Shown piece after piece: positions 11,965 to 24,710 of a stretch of 64,000 bases of DNA; position 1 is the stretch's first letter; each line of letters opens with the position of its first letter. Position numbers and translations under genes: made by a program. The DNA is from Bacteroidota bacterium (GTDB lineage: Bacteria; Bacteroidota; Bacteroidia; Bacteroidales; VadinHA17). The notes under the pieces are model-generated. The model saw only the letters and a list, made by a program, of their open reading frames with translations. It was not told where the DNA came from and searched no databases. Location of the stretch: NCBI GenBank assembly GCA_012729475.1, contig JAAYDB010000057.1:5203-69202 (forward strand), written 5' to 3'.

Positions 11965-11991
11965 AGTGTTAAGTAAAACTCGGAAGAAATT

Positions 11992-12516
11992 ATGAGACGG
12001 GAAGAAAAAATTACAATAGTTGACAGCATAGCTGAGAGATTAAAAGAGTACAGCCATTTTTACCTGACTGATACTGCGGAACTGAATGCGACTGATACAA
12101 GTACTCTAAGAAGAAAATGCTTTGAAAACGATGTTAAACTGATCGTTGTAAAAAACACTCTTCTCAAAAGAGCATTTGAACAGTCTGACATTGACTTTCA
12201 GGAACTGTATCCGGTCCTGAAGGGTGCTACATCAATCATGTTTACAAATAACGGAAACACACCCGCAAAACTTATAAAAGAGTTCCGTAAAAAACATGAC
12301 AAACCTGTATTGAAGGGCGCTTATGTCCAGGAATCATTTTACCTGGGCGACGAAACACTGGAATCTCTTGTTTCTCTGAAAAGCAGAGAAGAACTTATCG
12401 GAGATATCGTATTCCTGCTGCAATCACCTGCAAGGAATGTTATTTCAGCCTTACAATCATCAGGTGGTGGAAAAATTCACGGTGTTCTTGAAACACTGTC
12501 AAACAAGAATGAGTAA
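11992..12516 (+). CDS. rplJ: 50S ribosomal protein L10
   Basis: 174 aa, position between rplA and rplL, L10-like sequence. Confidence 0.93.
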   Translation: MRREEKITIVDSIAERLKEYSHFYLTDTAELNATDTSTLRRKCFENDVKLIVVKNTLLKRAFEQSDIDFQELYPVLKGATSIMFTNNGNTPAKLIKEFRKKHDKPVLKGAYVQESFYLGDETLESLVSLKSREELIGDIVFLLQSPARNVISALQSSGGGKIHGVLETLSNKNE

Positions 12517-12550
12517 CTATAAAGTATAACAAAATCTAAATTCAATAAAC

Positions 12551-12931
12551 ATGGCAGATCTTAAGAAATTTGCAGAAGAACTGGTAAACCTGTCTGTAAA
12601 AGATGTAAACGAACTAGCAAAAATACTCAAAGAAGAGTATGGTATTGAGCCGGCAGCAGCCGCTGTTGCAGTGGCGGGACCGGCAGCAGGTGGCAGTGAT
12701 GCTCCTGAAGCAGAAGAAAAATCAACCTTCGATGTCATTCTTACCAATGCAGGCGGTCAGAAATTACAGATCGTTAAACTGGTTAAAGACATTACAGGCC
12801 TTGGTCTGAAAGAAGCCAAAGCAGTAGTTGATGCTGCTCCCGGACCTGTTAAGGAAGGTGTCTCAAAAGACGAAGCAGAAGATATTAAAAATAAACTTGT
12901 TGAAGCAGGAGCTGAAGTTGAACTTAAATAA
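12551..12931 (+). CDS. rplL: 50S ribosomal protein L7/L12
   Basis: Ala-rich hinge followed by [24 protein letters not shown]. Confidence 0.97.
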   Translation: MADLKKFAEELVNLSVKDVNELAKILKEEYGIEPAAAAVAVAGPAAGGSDAPEAEEKSTFDVILTNAGGQKLQIVKLVKDITGLGLKEAKAVVDAAPGPVKEGVSKDEAEDIKNKLVEAGAEVELK

Positions 12932-12956
12932 GTTTACCGCTATATGCTGGTTTTAG

Positions 12957-13000
12957 GGTTTAGTTCCGCCCTTTGGCGGAGCTAAGCCTCTTGTTCTTTT
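12957..13000 (+). terminator. rplL-rpoB intergenic attenuator/terminator hairpin with U-rich tail
   Basis: 14-bp stem GGTTTAGTTCCGCC / GGCGGAGCTAAGCC (two G-U pairs), CTTT loop, then TCTTGTTCTTTT. Confidence 0.6.
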
Positions 13001-13029
13001 AATTATAAGTTCACCTAAACATTTTATAA

Positions 13030-16000
13030 ATGTCTTTAAAAAATACCGAAAGAATCAGTTTCGCAACCAGAAAACCACCGCTTGATTACCCTGATTTTCT
13101 GGAAATTCAGTTAAAATCATTTGGTGAATTCTTCCAGCTCGGAACAACACCTGAATTCAGGAAAAGGGAAGGACTGTTTAAAGTCTTTACAGAAAATTTC
13201 CCCATTACCGATACCAGAAATAATTTCGTTCTGGAATTTCTCGATTATTATATCGATCCTCCAAGATATTCCATTGAAGAATGTATCGAACGCGGTCTTA
13301 CTTTCAGCGTTCCCCTCAAGGCAAAACTTAAACTGTATTGTACCGATCCCGAACATGAAGATTTCGATACTGTGATACAGGATGTCTATCTGGGAACTGT
13401 CCCTTATATGACCGGACGTGGTACATTTGTTATTAACGGGGCTGAAAGAGTCGTAGTTTCTCAGTTACACAGATCTCCCGGAGTATTCTTCGGTCAGAGT
13501 ATCCATGCTAACGGAACAAAACTGTATTCTGCAAGAATCATTCCTTTTAAAGGATCATGGATAGAATTTGCCACCGACATCAATAATGTGATGTACGCAT
13601 ATATCGACAGGAAAAAGAAACTTCCGGTTACAACCCTGCTCAGAGCAATAGGCTTCGAGAGTGATAAGGATATACTGGAGATCTTTAATCTTGCCGAAGA
13701 ACACAAAGTATCAAAAACAAGCATTAAAAAACTGGTAGGACGTAAGCTGGCAGCCAGAGTATTAAAGACATGGATAGAGGATTTTGTTGATGAGGATACC
13801 GGTGAAGTAGTGTCAATAGAAAGAAACGAAGTAATTCTTGACCGGGAAACAACTATCGATGCAGATCATGTTGATATGATTGTCGAGTCAGGAGCAAAGA
13901 CAGTACTTGTCCATAAAGAAGACTCTTCCCTGTCAGATTTTGCAATTATTTACAATACTCTTCAGAAAGATCCCTGTAATTCCGAAAAGGAAGCAGTTAT
14001 ATATATCTACCGCCAGCTCAGAAATGCTGAACCTCCCGATGAAGCAACTGCCCGGGATGTGATAGATAAATTGTTTTTCTCCGATAAGAGATATGATCTT
14101 GGAGAAGTGGGACGTTACAGAATAAATAAAAAGCTGGGTCTCAACACCGATATGGACATTAAAGTCCTTACAAAGGAAGATATCATCAAAATTATAGGTT
14201 ATCTGATAGAACTTATTAATTCCAAAACAGATATTGATGATATTGACCACCTCAGTAACAGGAGAGTACGTACAGTAGGTGAACAGCTCTATGCCCAGTT
14301 CGGAGTCGGACTGGCCCGTATGGCCCGTACAATACGTGAGAGGATGAACGTAAGAGACAATGAGGTTTTTACCCCTGTCGACCTTATCAATTCAAAAACT
14401 CTCTCCTCCGTTATCAATTCTTTCTTCGGAACAAACCAGCTGTCGCAGTTCATGGATCAAACCAATCCTCTTGCCGAGATGACACACAAACGACGTATGT
14501 CAGCCCTCGGACCAGGTGGTCTGTCGCGTGAAAGAGCAGGTTTTGAAGTAAGAGATGTACATTATACACACTATGGACGACTGTGTCCTATAGAAACGCC
14601 GGAAGGCCCTAACATCGGTCTTATCTCGTCTCTCTGTGTCTATGCCAGAATAAATAGTCTGGGGTTCATTGAAACCCCTTACCTGCAGGTTAATGATGCA
14701 AAGGTAGACTTCAGCAAAGAAGGTGTTGCATGGCTTAGTGCGGAAGAAGAAGAATACAAGATGATAGCTCAGGCTAATGCCCCTTTGCTTGAAGACGGGC
14801 GTTTTGAACATGCCAGGGCGAAATGCCGGTATGAAGCAGATTATCCTCTGGAAGAAGTGTCAAAAATTGATATGATGGACGTTGCTCCCAACCAGATAGC
14901 TTCTATCGCAGCTTCCCTTATTCCCTTCCTTGAACATGATGATGCCAACCGTGCCCTTATGGGATCAAATATGATGAGACAGGCAGTCCCTCTTATCAAC
15001 CCGGAATCGTCAATTGTCGGAACAGGCCTGGAAGCGCAGGTGATACAGGACAGCCGTATACTCATTGTAGCAGAAGGAGATGGCGTGGTTGAATACGTCG
15101 ATTCCAATGAAATAATCATAAGGTACACAAGAACTGATGAAGAGAAATTTGTAAGCTTCGATGAAGATACAAAACGATATGTACTGACCAAATACAGAAA
15201 AACAAACCAGAATACCTGTATCAATCTGGTGCCTATAGTAAAAAAAGGTGAAAAGGTAAGAAAAGGACAGGTCCTTACTGAAGGATATGGTACAAAGAAC
15301 GGAGAACTGGCATTAGGGAGAAACCTTAAGGTGGCTTTCATGCCCTGGAAAGGTTATAATTTTGAAGATGCTATCGTTATTTCCGAAAAGGTTGTACAGG
15401 AGGATATGTTTACTTCAGTACATATCGACGAATACCTTCTGGAAGTCCGTGATACAAAACGAGGACTCGAAGAGCTTACCTCAGATATACCAAACGTCAG
15501 TGAAGAAGCTACAAAGAACCTTGATGAGAATGGTCTCATCAGAGTAGGTGCACATATCAGACCAGGCGATATACTGATAGGAAAAATTACTCCTAAAGGA
15601 GAGTCTGATCCATCTCCTGAAGAAAAACTGCTTCGTGCTATTTTCGGAGATAAAGCAGGAGATGTCAAGGATGCTTCGTTGAAAGCCGGACCATCACTGG
15701 AAGGAGTAGTGATAGATAAAAAACTCTTTACCAGAGCTGTTAAAGACAGAAAGTCAAAAACTGTGGAGAAACCCCTCCTCGACAAGATAGAAAGCGAATT
15801 CGTCAGGAGTGTTGAGGAACTGAAAGCCAAACTGGTTGATAAACTCTTTATTATTGTCAATGGTAAGACATCACAGGGAGTGAAGGATTTTCTCAATGTG
15901 GATATCATCCCCAAAGGAAGCAAGTTCACACTGAAACAGCTTCAGGAGATCGATTACATGAATGTCAATCCCAATAAATGGACTACAGACAAGAAGAAGA

Positions 16001-16839
16001 ATGATAACATCAAGCAGCTTCTTCATAATTATATCATCAAGTACAAGGAACTGGACGGGATTAATAAGAGGAAGAAATACAATATTACGATAGGAGACGA
16101 ACTCCCTGCCGGTATCGTACGTCTGGCCAAAGTATATATTGCCAAGAAGAGAAAGATTAAAGTAGGGGATAAAATGGCGGGTCGTCACGGGAACAAAGGT
16201 ATTGTTGCCAGGATAGTAAGGGCGGAAGACATGCCCTTCCTGGAGGACGGAACTCCGGTTGATATAGTTTTGAATCCTCTTGGTGTACCTTCACGAATGA
16301 ACCTCGGACAGATATATGAATCTGTTCTCGGTTGGGCCGGAAATAAACTGGGACTTAAGTTTTCCACCCCCATATTTGATGGTGCAACAATTGACCAGAT
16401 AACCAGTTATACAGAAAAAGCCAATCTTCCGAAATATGGAAAGACTTATCTCTATGATGGCGGTACGGGCGAAAGATTCGATCAGCCGGCTACCGTAGGT
16501 GTTATATATATGCTTAAACTGGGTCATATGGTCGATGATAAGATGCATGCACGTTCTATTGGCCCGTATTCACTGATCACTCAGCAACCTCTTGGAGGAA
16601 AAGCCCAGTTCGGAGGACAGCGTTTTGGTGAAATGGAAGTATGGGCTCTGGAAGCTTTTGGTGCAGCTCATATACTACAGGAGATACTTACACTGAAATC
16701 GGATGATGTAATAGGCAGGGCAAAAGCCTATGAGGCAATAGTGAAAGGGGAACCGATGCCACAGCCCGGAATCCCGGAGTCACTGAATGTGCTACTGCAC
16801 GAGCTGAGAGGTCTTGGATTGAGTGTTATACTTGACTAA
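13030..16839 (+). CDS. rpoB: DNA-directed RNA polymerase subunit beta
   Basis: 1269 aa with canonical beta-subunit motifs. Confidence 0.99.
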   Translation: MSLKNTERISFATRKPPLDYPDFLEIQLKSFGEFFQLGTTPEFRKREGLFKVFTENFPITDTRNNFVLEFLDYYIDPPRYSIEECIERGLTFSVPLKAKLKLYCTDPEHEDFDTVIQDVYLGTVPYMTGRGTFVINGAERVVVSQLHRSPGVFFGQSIHANGTKLYSARIIPFKGSWIEFATDINNVMYAYIDRKKKLPVTTLLRAIGFESDKDILEIFNLAEEHKVSKTSIKKLVGRKLAARVLKTWIEDFVDEDTGEVVSIERNEVILDRETTIDADHVDMIVESGAKTVLVHKEDSSLSDFAIIYNTLQKDPCNSEKEAVIYIYRQLRNAEPPDEATARDVIDKLFFSDKRYDLGEVGRYRINKKLGLNTDMDIKVLTKEDIIKIIGYLIELINSKTDIDDIDHLSNRRVRTVGEQLYAQFGVGLARMARTIRERMNVRDNEVFTPVDLINSKTLSSVINSFFGTNQLSQFMDQTNPLAEMTHKRRMSALGPGGLSRERAGFEVRDVHYTHYGRLCPIETPEGPNIGLISSLCVYARINSLGFIETPYLQVNDAKVDFSKEGVAWLSAEEEEYKMIAQANAPLLEDGRFEHARAKCRYEADYPLEEVSKIDMMDVAPNQIASIAASLIPFLEHDDANRALMGSNMMRQAVPLINPESSIVGTGLEAQVIQDSRILIVAEGDGVVEYVDSNEIIIRYTRTDEEKFVSFDEDTKRYVLTKYRKTNQNTCINLVPIVKKGEKVRKGQVLTEGYGTKNGELALGRNLKVAFMPWKGYNFEDAIVISEKVVQEDMFTSVHIDEYLLEVRDTKRGLEELTSDIPNVSEEATKNLDENGLIRVGAHIRPGDILIGKITPKGESDPSPEEKLLRAIFGDKAGDVKDASLKAGPSLEGVVIDKKLFTRAVKDRKSKTVEKPLLDKIESEFVRSVEELKAKLVDKLFIIVNGKTSQGVKDFLNVDIIPKGSKFTLKQLQEIDYMNVNPNKWTTDKKKNDNIKQLLHNYIIKYKELDGINKRKKYNITIGDELPAGIVRLAKVYIAKKRKIKVGDKMAGRHGNKGIVARIVRAEDMPFLEDGTPVDIVLNPLGVPSRMNLGQIYESVLGWAGNKLGLKFSTPIFDGATIDQITSYTEKANLPKYGKTYLYDGGTGERFDQPATVGVIYMLKLGHMVDDKMHARSIGPYSLITQQPLGGKAQFGGQRFGEMEVWALEAFGAAHILQEILTLKSDDVIGRAKAYEAIVKGEPMPQPGIPESLNVLLHELRGLGLSVILD

Positions 16840-16888
16840 CAACTCTTCCGGTAAATTATCATTTAATAGTAGAAAAAATAATCAGTAT

Positions 16889-19800
16889 ATGTCATTCAGA
16901 AGAGATAACAAAACAAAAACCAGTTACTCAAAAATCTCAATTGGTTTGGCTTCGCCCGAAGAAATCCTGGATCGTTCCAGCGGAGAAGTCCTGAAACCCG
17001 AAACAATCAACTACAGGACCTATAAGCCCGAACGGGATGGTTTGTTCTGCGAGAGAATATTTGGTCCCGTAAAAGATTATGAATGTCATTGCGGTAAATA
17101 CAAAAGGATCCGCTATAAGGGTATTGTATGCGACCGTTGCGGCGTGGAAGTGACGGAAAAGAAAGTTCGTCGTGAAAGAATGGGCCATATATCACTTGTT
17201 GTGCCGGTTGCTCATATCTGGTACTTCAGATCATTACCCAATAAAATTGGATATCTTCTGGGATTACCGACAAAGAAACTCGACTCAATAATTTATTATG
17301 AGCGTTATGTCGTTATCAATCCTGGTGTTAAAGCAGCCGATGGAGTGAAGTATCTTGATTTCCTCACAGAGGAAGAATATATTGAGATAACGGAATCTCT
17401 CCCCAAGGAGAACCAATATCTGGAAGATACTCACCCGGATAAATTCATTGCGGATATGGGTGCAGAGGCTCTGTTTAAACTTCTTGGCCGTATCGATCTG
17501 GATGATTTATCCTATTCTTTACGTCACAAAGCAAGTGTCGAGACGTCACAACAACGGAAGAATGAGGCCCTTAAGCGCTTGCAGGTTGTTGAGGCTTTCA
17601 GGGATTCGAAACATATCAATAAACCTGAATGGATGATCATTAAGGTGGTTCCTGTTATTCCTCCTGAGCTAAGGCCCCTGGTACCGCTCGATGGCGGACG
17701 TTTTGCAACAAGCGACCTCAATGATCTTTACCGCAGGGTTATAATACGAAACAACAGGCTTAAGAGGCTTATTGAAATAAAAGCTCCGGAAGTTATTCTG
17801 AGGAATGAAAAAAGGATGCTTCAGGAAGGAGTGGATTCACTCTTCGATAATTCGCGCAAGGCTAATGCTGTTAAGACGGATGCGAATCGCCCGCTTAAAT
17901 CATTGAGCGATAGCCTGAAAGGCAAGCAGGGCCGTTTCCGTCAGAATCTGCTTGGTAAAAGAGTAGACTATTCGGCACGTTCGGTAATAGTGGTCGGGCC
18001 GGAACTGAAACTTCATGAATGCGGTTTGCCAAAAGATATGGCTGCAGAACTGTACAAACCCTTTATTATTCGCAAACTCATTGAAAGAGGTATAGTTAAA
18101 ACTGTTAAATCGGCAAAGAAGATAGTCGACAGGAAAGATCCTGTTGTATGGGATATTCTGGAGAATGTACTTAAGGGACACCCTGTTCTGCTTAACCGTG
18201 CTCCTACACTTCATCGTCTGGGGATACAGGCTTTTCAGCCGAAACTTATTGAGGGTAAGGCTATTCAATTACACCCACTGGTGTGTACTGCTTTCAACGC
18301 CGACTTCGATGGTGATCAGATGGCTGTCCATCTTCCTCTCGGGAATACTGCCGTTCTGGAAGCCCAGATGCTTATGCTGGCTTCTCATAATATCCTTAAT
18401 CCCGCCAACGGAGCACCTGTAACAGTGCCTTCTCAGGATATGGTTCTCGGCCTTTATTATATAACAAAAGGGAGGAAGAGCACCGAAACGGAAAAGGTCA
18501 AAGGGGAAGGACTGGTTTTCTATTCGCCTGAAGAAGTTACTATTGCCTATAACGAAAGAAAAATTGACCTTCATGCAGAAATCAAGGTTAAGGTTAAAGA
18601 CAGAGTGAATGGAGAATTCGTCAACCATGTTATTGATACTACTGTAGGAAGGACCATCTTTAACCAATATGTTCCTGAAGAAGTGGGTTATATAAACGAA
18701 ATACTCACAAAAAAATCACTTCGCGATATTATTGGCCGTGTACTGAAGTTATCAGGTATGGCTAAAACAGCTGATTTTCTTGATTCAATAAAAAATCTGG
18801 GATTTAATTCTGCTTTCAAAGGAGGTCTTTCTTTCAACCTTGATGACGTTATTATTCCTGACGATAAAACGAAGTTTGTATCTGAAGGATATGAACAGGT
18901 AGAAGAAGTGTTGAATAATTACAATATGGGCTTCATTACAAATAATGAGCGTTATAATCAGATAATTGATATATGGACTCATGTTAATGCGAGGCTTACC
19001 CAGTCGTTGATGAGGCAGCTCTCTACTGATAAATCAGGTTTTAACTCAGTTTATATGATGCTTGACTCGGGAGCGAGAGGATCAAAAGAACAGATTCGTC
19101 AGCTTTCAGGGATGAGAGGCCTGATGGCCAAGCCACAGAAATCAGGTGCTTCAGGTTCTGAGATCATTGAAAACCCTATTCTGTCGAATTTCAAGGAAGG
19201 CTTATCAGTACTGGAGTACTTTATTTCAACACACGGTGCGCGGAAAGGACTTGCCGATACTGCTCTGAAAACTGCAGATGCTGGTTATCTGACCCGCCGT
19301 CTGGTTGACGTTTCTCAGGATGTAATAATAAATGAAGAAGACTGTGGTACCTTAAGGGGACTTGTGGCTACAGCCATTAAAAAGAATGAGGAAGTAGTGG
19401 AATCTCTATATGAAAGGATTCTGGGAAGAACAACCGTTCATGATGTATTTAATCCTCTTACCGGTGAACTGATAGTCTCTGCAGGGCAGGAGCTGACTGA
19501 GGATATAGCCAGGCTAATTGAAGATTCTCCGATTGAACAGGTTGAAATACGTTCTGTTTTAACCTGCGAATCAAAGAAAGGTGTGTGTGCCAAGTGTTAT
19601 GGGCGTAATCTTGCAAACGGCAGGATGGTACAAAAAGGAGAAGCCGTAGGGGTTATAGCAGCACAGAGTATTGGAGAACCCGGAACACAGCTGACACTTC
19701 GTACATTCCACGTTGGAGGTACTGCTTCAAATATTACCAAAGAATCAAGACTTATAGCCAGATACTCAGGTATTGCTGAAATAGAGGAATTGCGTTCTGT

Positions 19801-21196
19801 AGCAAGAAAAGATACTGAAAAAGGAGATTCAGACATCGTAATAGGTCGTCTGGCAGAATTGAGAATAATAGATAAAAAAACAGGTATAGCCCTCACAACA
19901 CATTCAATACCTTATGGTTCCAAGCTCTATGTTAAACCAGGTCAGGAAGTGGAAAAGGGTAAACTTTTATGTGAATGGGATCCATTTAACGCTGTTATTA
20001 TTTCTGAAGTGTCGGGAAAAATAGGATTTGAACATCTCATTGAAGGAATAACCTTCAGGGAAGAATCCGATGAACAAACAGGCTTTAGAGAGAAAGTTAT
20101 TGTAGAAAGCAGGGATAAGACAAAGAATCCTGCTGTGAAAATCCTTTCTGAGAAAGGAGGGGAGGAGCTGAGATTATACAATCTTCCTGTAGGAGCTCAC
20201 CTTGTGGTTGATACAAATAAGATTATTGAAGCCGGTGAAATACTGGCCAAGATTCCAAGAGCTGTCGGTAAATCAGGAGATATAACCGGTGGTCTTCCCA
20301 GAGTTACAGAACTCTTTGAAGCACGAAATCCATCAAACCCGGCTATTGTTTCTGAAATTGACGGAGAAGTTACTTTTGGAAAGATAAAGAGAGGTAACAG
20401 GGAGATATCTATAAGATCGAAGACAGGGGAAATAAAAAAATATCTTGTTCCGTTGTCGAAACAGATCCTTGTTCAGGAGAATGATTATGTGAGAGCAGGT
20501 ATCCCATTGTCTGACGGAGCTATCACTCCTTCTGATATACTAGCAATCAAGGGGCCTACCAAGGTTCAGGAGTATATTGTAAATGAGATACAGGAGGTAT
20601 ATCGTTTACAGGGTGTGAAAATCAATGATAAACACTTCGAAATTATTGTGCGTCAGATGATGCGTAAAGTGGAGATAGTTGATCCGGGCGACACTAAATT
20701 CCTTGAAAGGCAGATAGTTGACAAGCTTGAGTTCATGGATGAGAATGACTGGATATACGATAAAAAGGTTATTCTCGACGGAGGAGACAGCTCAACACTG
20801 CGTCCGGGAATGATAATCACTGCCCGCAAACTGAGAGATGAAAATTCAGTTTTAAAAAGGAGAGATCTTAAAGTTGTTGAAGCCAGAGATGCTATCCCTG
20901 CTACTTCAAGCCAGGTGCTGCAGGGTATTACCCGTGCTGCTCTTCAGACAAACAGTTTCTTCTCAGCCGCTTCATTCCAGGAGACTACAAAAGTATTGAA
21001 CGAGGCAGCTATTCTTGGAAAAATAGATAAGCTTGAAGGTCTTAAGGAAAATGTTATTGTCGGGCACCTTATTCCTGCAGGAACAGGTCTGAGAGAATAT
21101 AGCAGTATTATCGTAGGTTCTCTCGAAGAATATGAAAATCTTGTTGGTTCTGAAACAGAATCAGAAATTACAGCAGATACAGAATCAGGTGTTTAA
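16889..21196 (+). CDS. rpoC: DNA-directed RNA polymerase subunit beta'
   Basis: NADFDGD catalytic motif and zinc-binding CHCGKY...CDRCG. ATG at 16889 is chosen over the upstream alternative start at 16823, which overlaps the rpoB 3' end. Confidence 0.98.
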   Translation: MSFRRDNKTKTSYSKISIGLASPEEILDRSSGEVLKPETINYRTYKPERDGLFCERIFGPVKDYECHCGKYKRIRYKGIVCDRCGVEVTEKKVRRERMGHISLVVPVAHIWYFRSLPNKIGYLLGLPTKKLDSIIYYERYVVINPGVKAADGVKYLDFLTEEEYIEITESLPKENQYLEDTHPDKFIADMGAEALFKLLGRIDLDDLSYSLRHKASVETSQQRKNEALKRLQVVEAFRDSKHINKPEWMIIKVVPVIPPELRPLVPLDGGRFATSDLNDLYRRVIIRNNRLKRLIEIKAPEVILRNEKRMLQEGVDSLFDNSRKANAVKTDANRPLKSLSDSLKGKQGRFRQNLLGKRVDYSARSVIVVGPELKLHECGLPKDMAAELYKPFIIRKLIERGIVKTVKSAKKIVDRKDPVVWDILENVLKGHPVLLNRAPTLHRLGIQAFQPKLIEGKAIQLHPLVCTAFNADFDGDQMAVHLPLGNTAVLEAQMLMLASHNILNPANGAPVTVPSQDMVLGLYYITKGRKSTETEKVKGEGLVFYSPEEVTIAYNERKIDLHAEIKVKVKDRVNGEFVNHVIDTTVGRTIFNQYVPEEVGYINEILTKKSLRDIIGRVLKLSGMAKTADFLDSIKNLGFNSAFKGGLSFNLDDVIIPDDKTKFVSEGYEQVEEVLNNYNMGFITNNERYNQIIDIWTHVNARLTQSLMRQLSTDKSGFNSVYMMLDSGARGSKEQIRQLSGMRGLMAKPQKSGASGSEIIENPILSNFKEGLSVLEYFISTHGARKGLADTALKTADAGYLTRRLVDVSQDVIINEEDCGTLRGLVATAIKKNEEVVESLYERILGRTTVHDVFNPLTGELIVSAGQELTEDIARLIEDSPIEQVEIRSVLTCESKKGVCAKCYGRNLANGRMVQKGEAVGVIAAQSIGEPGTQLTLRTFHVGGTASNITKESRLIARYSGIAEIEELRSVARKDTEKGDSDIVIGRLAELRIIDKKTGIALTTHSIPYGSKLYVKPGQEVEKGKLLCEWDPFNAVIISEVSGKIGFEHLIEGITFREESDEQTGFREKVIVESRDKTKNPAVKILSEKGGEELRLYNLPVGAHLVVDTNKIIEAGEILAKIPRAVGKSGDITGGLPRVTELFEARNPSNPAIVSEIDGEVTFGKIKRGNREISIRSKTGEIKKYLVPLSKQILVQENDYVRAGIPLSDGAITPSDILAIKGPTKVQEYIVNEIQEVYRLQGVKINDKHFEIIVRQMMRKVEIVDPGDTKFLERQIVDKLEFMDENDWIYDKKVILDGGDSSTLRPGMIITARKLRDENSVLKRRDLKVVEARDAIPATSSQVLQGITRAALQTNSFFSAASFQETTKVLNEAAILGKIDKLEGLKENVIVGHLIPAGTGLREYSSIIVGSLEEYENLVGSETESEITADTESGV

Positions 21197-21211
21197 TAAA
21201 GAATAATTGAT

Positions 21212-21529
21212 ATGGCTGAAAACAAAGACCAAAACCAGATCAGTATTGAACTGAACGAAGAAGTTGCCCAGGGTGTCTATTCCAACCTTGCGGTGATAAC
21301 TCATTCCGCTTCAGAATTTGTTATCGACTTTGTAAGGATAATGCCAGGCATACCAAAAGCCCAGGTTAAATCAAGAATAATCCTTACTCCCGAACATGCC
21401 AAGAGATTGTTGGCAGCTCTTCAGGATAACATTACAAAATACGAGAATGTTCATGGTCAGATAAAAGAAGTAAAAGGCTCTGGTCCGGCAATGCCTCTCA
21501 ATTTCGGAGGCCCGACAGCCCAGGCCTGA
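21212..21529 (+). CDS. DUF3467 domain protein
   Basis: 105 aa. Motif YSNLAVITHSASEFVIDFV and the conserved position immediately after rpoC in Bacteroidota. Confidence 0.7.
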   Translation: MAENKDQNQISIELNEEVAQGVYSNLAVITHSASEFVIDFVRIMPGIPKAQVKSRIILTPEHAKRLLAALQDNITKYENVHGQIKEVKGSGPAMPLNFGGPTAQA

Positions 21530-21549
21530 TATTGTCAGTAACTCGATAT

Positions 21550-21585
21550 TAAGCCGCCTGCAGAAATGCCGGGCGGCTTATTTTT
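21550..21585 (+). terminator. Rho-independent terminator closing the rpoBC unit
   Basis: Stem TAAGCCGCC / GGCGGCTTA with a 13-nt loop, followed by TTTTT. Confidence 0.75.
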
Positions 21586-21746
21586 GTGATATCATTAAAT
21601 AAAGCATTCCTTTGCATAGCGGAATAGTCCCATATCTCTGAGGATCATATTAAAAGGGCTCAAAATCAATGTGGTTTCTTATTATTATTTGAAAAATCAC
21701 TGATAATTCTTGTTTATTATGTCAACTGAACGAAATTATTAAAGGC

Positions 21747-22526
21747 ATGAACTATTTAAATATATCTCTTGCAGGAGCGGGAAGGGTAGCCGATACTCTG
21801 TGCAGAAAATTGTATAATTCCGGCCACAGGATTTTACAGATAGTGTCAACAAATGAAGCTGAAGCGGCCGGGCTGGTCAGCTCATGTAATGCTGAATGGT
21901 CGTCAGAGCTGGTATATGATAAGCCGGCTGACGTGTTGTTAGTTGCAGTACCTGACAACAAACTTGAGAAAATCCTGGGAGATATCAGATGCGATGAAAA
22001 GACCATAGTTGCTCATACGGCAGGATCTTACGGACTCGGCATTTTTCCGGAAAGGATTAAAAAAAAGGCTGTTTTCTACCCTTTGCAAACCTTTACAAAA
22101 GGCCGTGAATCAGATTTAAAAGATCTTCCTGTGATAATAGAAGCATCAGGAGAGGATGTAAAAAAAGTACTGGAAGGGCTGGCTGCCGGCATAGGGGCTG
22201 CTCCCTTGTATATGGGTCTGGAAGCCAGGAAAATGCTTCATCTGGCTGCAGTTTTTGTATGTAATTTCAATAATTATATGCTTACTGCAGGAAAAGAAAT
22301 AACAGACAGGGCAGGACTCTCTTTTGATCTTCTTAAGCCTCTGGTTACAGAAACTATATCCAAAGCCTTTGAAAACGGACCTGAAAATTCTCAGACAGGT
22401 CCTGCTGTAAGAAATGATTCCAATACTATTGAAAAGCATAAGGATTTATTATCTTTCTCCCCTGAATTACAGAATTTATACAGTATTATATCACAATCGA
22501 TAATTGCTTATTATAACAAGTACTGA
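21747..22526 (+). CDS. Rossmann-like / DUF2520 domain protein (putative NADP oxidoreductase)
   Basis: N-terminal ISLAGAGRVA Rossmann motif. Family recognised from sequence and from synteny with kdsC. Confidence 0.55.
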   Translation: MNYLNISLAGAGRVADTLCRKLYNSGHRILQIVSTNEAEAAGLVSSCNAEWSSELVYDKPADVLLVAVPDNKLEKILGDIRCDEKTIVAHTAGSYGLGIFPERIKKKAVFYPLQTFTKGRESDLKDLPVIIEASGEDVKKVLEGLAAGIGAAPLYMGLEARKMLHLAAVFVCNFNNYMLTAGKEITDRAGLSFDLLKPLVTETISKAFENGPENSQTGPAVRNDSNTIEKHKDLLSFSPELQNLYSIISQSIIAYYNKY

Positions 22527-22528
22527 AA

Positions 22529-23050
22529 ATGGTAAATTTCAAGGAAGATCTGTTGAATGTGAAAGCCTTTATTTTTGATATAGATGGTGTTCTTTCGCTG
22601 CAAACAATAAGCCTTAATGCATTTGGTGTTCCAAACAGGACAATCAATCTGAGGGATGGTTACGCTCTTCAGCTTGCCGTGAAAAAAGGTTATTATGTGG
22701 GTATTATTTCCGGAAGCAATTCGAAGGATTATCTTAAAAGGCTCAGGGTGTTGGGTGTAAAGGATATTTTTCTCAACAGCAGGATTAAGATCGGACATTA
22801 TAATCATTTCCGGGAAAAATATAAACTTGCCGATTCTGATATAATGTTCATGGGTGATGATATTCCTGACCTGGAAGTGATGAAAGCTGTTGGCGTGCCA
22901 GTATGCCCTGCTGATGCCGACAGTGAGATAAAACAGGTGGCTGCATATATTTCACACAGAAAAGGAGGGGAAGGGTGTGTGAGAGATGTGATTGAACAGG
23001 TTCTGAGGCTGCATAATAAATGGCTTGATCACGAAGCATATCGTTGGTAA
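22529..23050 (+). CDS. kdsC: KDO 8-phosphate phosphatase, HAD-IIIA family
   Basis: FIFDIDGVLS and GDDIPDLEVM HAD motifs, about 173 aa. Confidence 0.8.
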   Translation: MVNFKEDLLNVKAFIFDIDGVLSLQTISLNAFGVPNRTINLRDGYALQLAVKKGYYVGIISGSNSKDYLKRLRVLGVKDIFLNSRIKIGHYNHFREKYKLADSDIMFMGDDIPDLEVMKAVGVPVCPADADSEIKQVAAYISHRKGGEGCVRDVIEQVLRLHNKWLDHEAYRW

Positions 23051-23051
23051 C

Positions 23052-24038
23052 ATGAAAGAATTCCTGAAACTCATACGATGGCAGAATCTTTTGATAATTA
23101 TTATCACTATGATCCTTATGCGCTATGCCATAATAGAATCTCTGATAAACCGTATAGGAGTGCTTATGTTGCCGGGGACAGGCGTGGAAGTGCCTATGAT
23201 GCTTCAGTTTGAATGGTATAATTTTGTTATTCTTATAATTGCCACAGTGTGTATTACAGCCGGAGGCTATGTGATAAATGATTATTTCGACATTAAAACT
23301 GATCTGATCAACAGGGGCAAAGTGCTGGTAGGTACAAAAGTGTCAAGACGAAAAGCTATAATGTGGCATTCGGTCTTTAATGTTATTGGAGTGGCAGCGG
23401 GTTTCTATGTTTCGTGGAAAGCCCATTATTTCTGGTTTGGTACTATATTTCTGATAGTATCGGGTTTACTGTATTTCTATTCGGCCAGTTACAAGCGACA
23501 GTTTCTGATAGGTAATCTCATTGTGGCAGTGCTCACAGCTGCGGTCCCTTTACTTGTTGTTCTGTTTGAATGGGCAGCATTATACAGATTTTATGTTGTA
23601 AATGTTGCCGTGATGCCAGAACTGGATTTCCTTTTCGGCTGGGTAGGTGGATTCGCCATTTATGCATTTCTTACAACACTGGTCCGGGAGATAATAAAGG
23701 ATATAGAAGATTTTGAAGGCGACATGGCTTATGGAAGGAATACAATCCCTGTAATAACAGGCATCAGGGCATCAAAAATAATAACAGCCTCTCTTGCTGT
23801 ACTGACAATCGCAAGCCTCTATTTTGTGTGGTTTTATTTCCTGAACGACAGGATAACACTTATTTATCTTACATTGTTTATTGTAATACCGTATATATAT
23901 GCTCTTTATCTGCTTTTTAGTGCAGGGAATAAAAGAGATATTCACCGTGCAAGTAATTTAATGAAGATGATAATGCTGGCAGGGATATTTTATGCTATTG
24001 TCGTGAAAGCTATTTTATCCTGGAATCTTATATCATAA
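23052..24038 (+). CDS. UbiA-family prenyltransferase (geranylgeranylglycerol-phosphate geranylgeranyltransferase-like)
   Basis: Polytopic membrane protein with NDYFDIKTD and KDIEDFEGD Asp-rich motifs. ATG at 23052 avoids overlap with kdsC. Confidence 0.7.
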   Translation: MKEFLKLIRWQNLLIIIITMILMRYAIIESLINRIGVLMLPGTGVEVPMMLQFEWYNFVILIIATVCITAGGYVINDYFDIKTDLINRGKVLVGTKVSRRKAIMWHSVFNVIGVAAGFYVSWKAHYFWFGTIFLIVSGLLYFYSASYKRQFLIGNLIVAVLTAAVPLLVVLFEWAALYRFYVVNVAVMPELDFLFGWVGGFAIYAFLTTLVREIIKDIEDFEGDMAYGRNTIPVITGIRASKIITASLAVLTIASLYFVWFYFLNDRITLIYLTLFIVIPYIYALYLLFSAGNKRDIHRASNLMKMIMLAGIFYAIVVKAILSWNLIS

Positions 24039-24640
24039 TGTTTTTAGACAATATTAATAAGTTCAGGCTGATCCTTGCTTCAAAATCTCCACGCAGGCAA
24101 CAGTTGCTCAGAGACCTGGGTCTTAAATTTGAGGTTTCTGTAAAGGATTATGCTGAAGTCTATCCTGATGATCTTCCGGGAGAGGATATAGCTCTGTATG
24201 TGTCGAGAGAAAAGGCAAAATGTTTCAGAAATGATATTATCCGGACTGAAATTATTATTACTGCAGACACTATTGTGTGGAGTGAAGGCAGAGTCCTCAG
24301 TAAGCCGGCAGGAGCAGAAGAAGCCCGACTGATGCTGAGGGACCTGTCAGATAAGACTCATGAAGTAATTACCGGGGTGACACTGCTTTCATTAGCAGGA
24401 GAAAGAACTTTCTCTGAGACCACTGAAGTAACTTTCGACAGCCTTAGTGATGATGAGATCGATTATTACATAGAACAATACAGGCCTTTTGATAAAGCCG
24501 GCGCCTATGGCATACAGGAATGGCTGGGTCTGGCAGCCTGTAGCCGTATAGAAGGATCTTTTTTCAATGTTGTGGGTTTGCCTGTAAATAAGTTTTTCAG
24601 GGAACTACAGTCTCTGGTGTCTGAAATGGAACATCTATGA
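24038..24640 (+). CDS. maf: Maf-family nucleoside triphosphate pyrophosphatase
   Basis: ILASKSPRRQQLL, ADTIV, KAGAYGIQ motifs. The start overlaps the upstream stop (TAATG). Confidence 0.88.
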   Translation: MFLDNINKFRLILASKSPRRQQLLRDLGLKFEVSVKDYAEVYPDDLPGEDIALYVSREKAKCFRNDIIRTEIIITADTIVWSEGRVLSKPAGAEEARLMLRDLSDKTHEVITGVTLLSLAGERTFSETTEVTFDSLSDDEIDYYIEQYRPFDKAGAYGIQEWLGLAACSRIEGSFFNVVGLPVNKFFRELQSLVSEMEHL

Positions 24641-24710
24641 GCATAAACTCAGAAAGTGAAACGATTGTTAAATTCATGTTAGTGTCACTCGACCAATGAA
24701 ATCATACAAC

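Noticed and set aside
14841-15929. Long antisense ORFs (166 and 191 aa) inside rpoB. Similar ones occur inside rpoC, the hydS-like gene (53262-53723), the kinase fusion (60775-61329), eda (40280-40612) and nfeD (36804-37160).
   Set aside because: They lie entirely within, and opposite to, strongly supported genes. Their composition is low-complexity and Ser/Leu/Ile-rich, typical of antisense frames.
16823-16888. Upstream extension of rpoC in the ORF track. Analogous extensions occur at 43938, 51124, 55235, 23025 and 41019.
   Set aside because: The extensions overlap the preceding gene or a predicted -7 promoter box, and they add non-conserved residues. Internal ATG starts give canonical N-termini.
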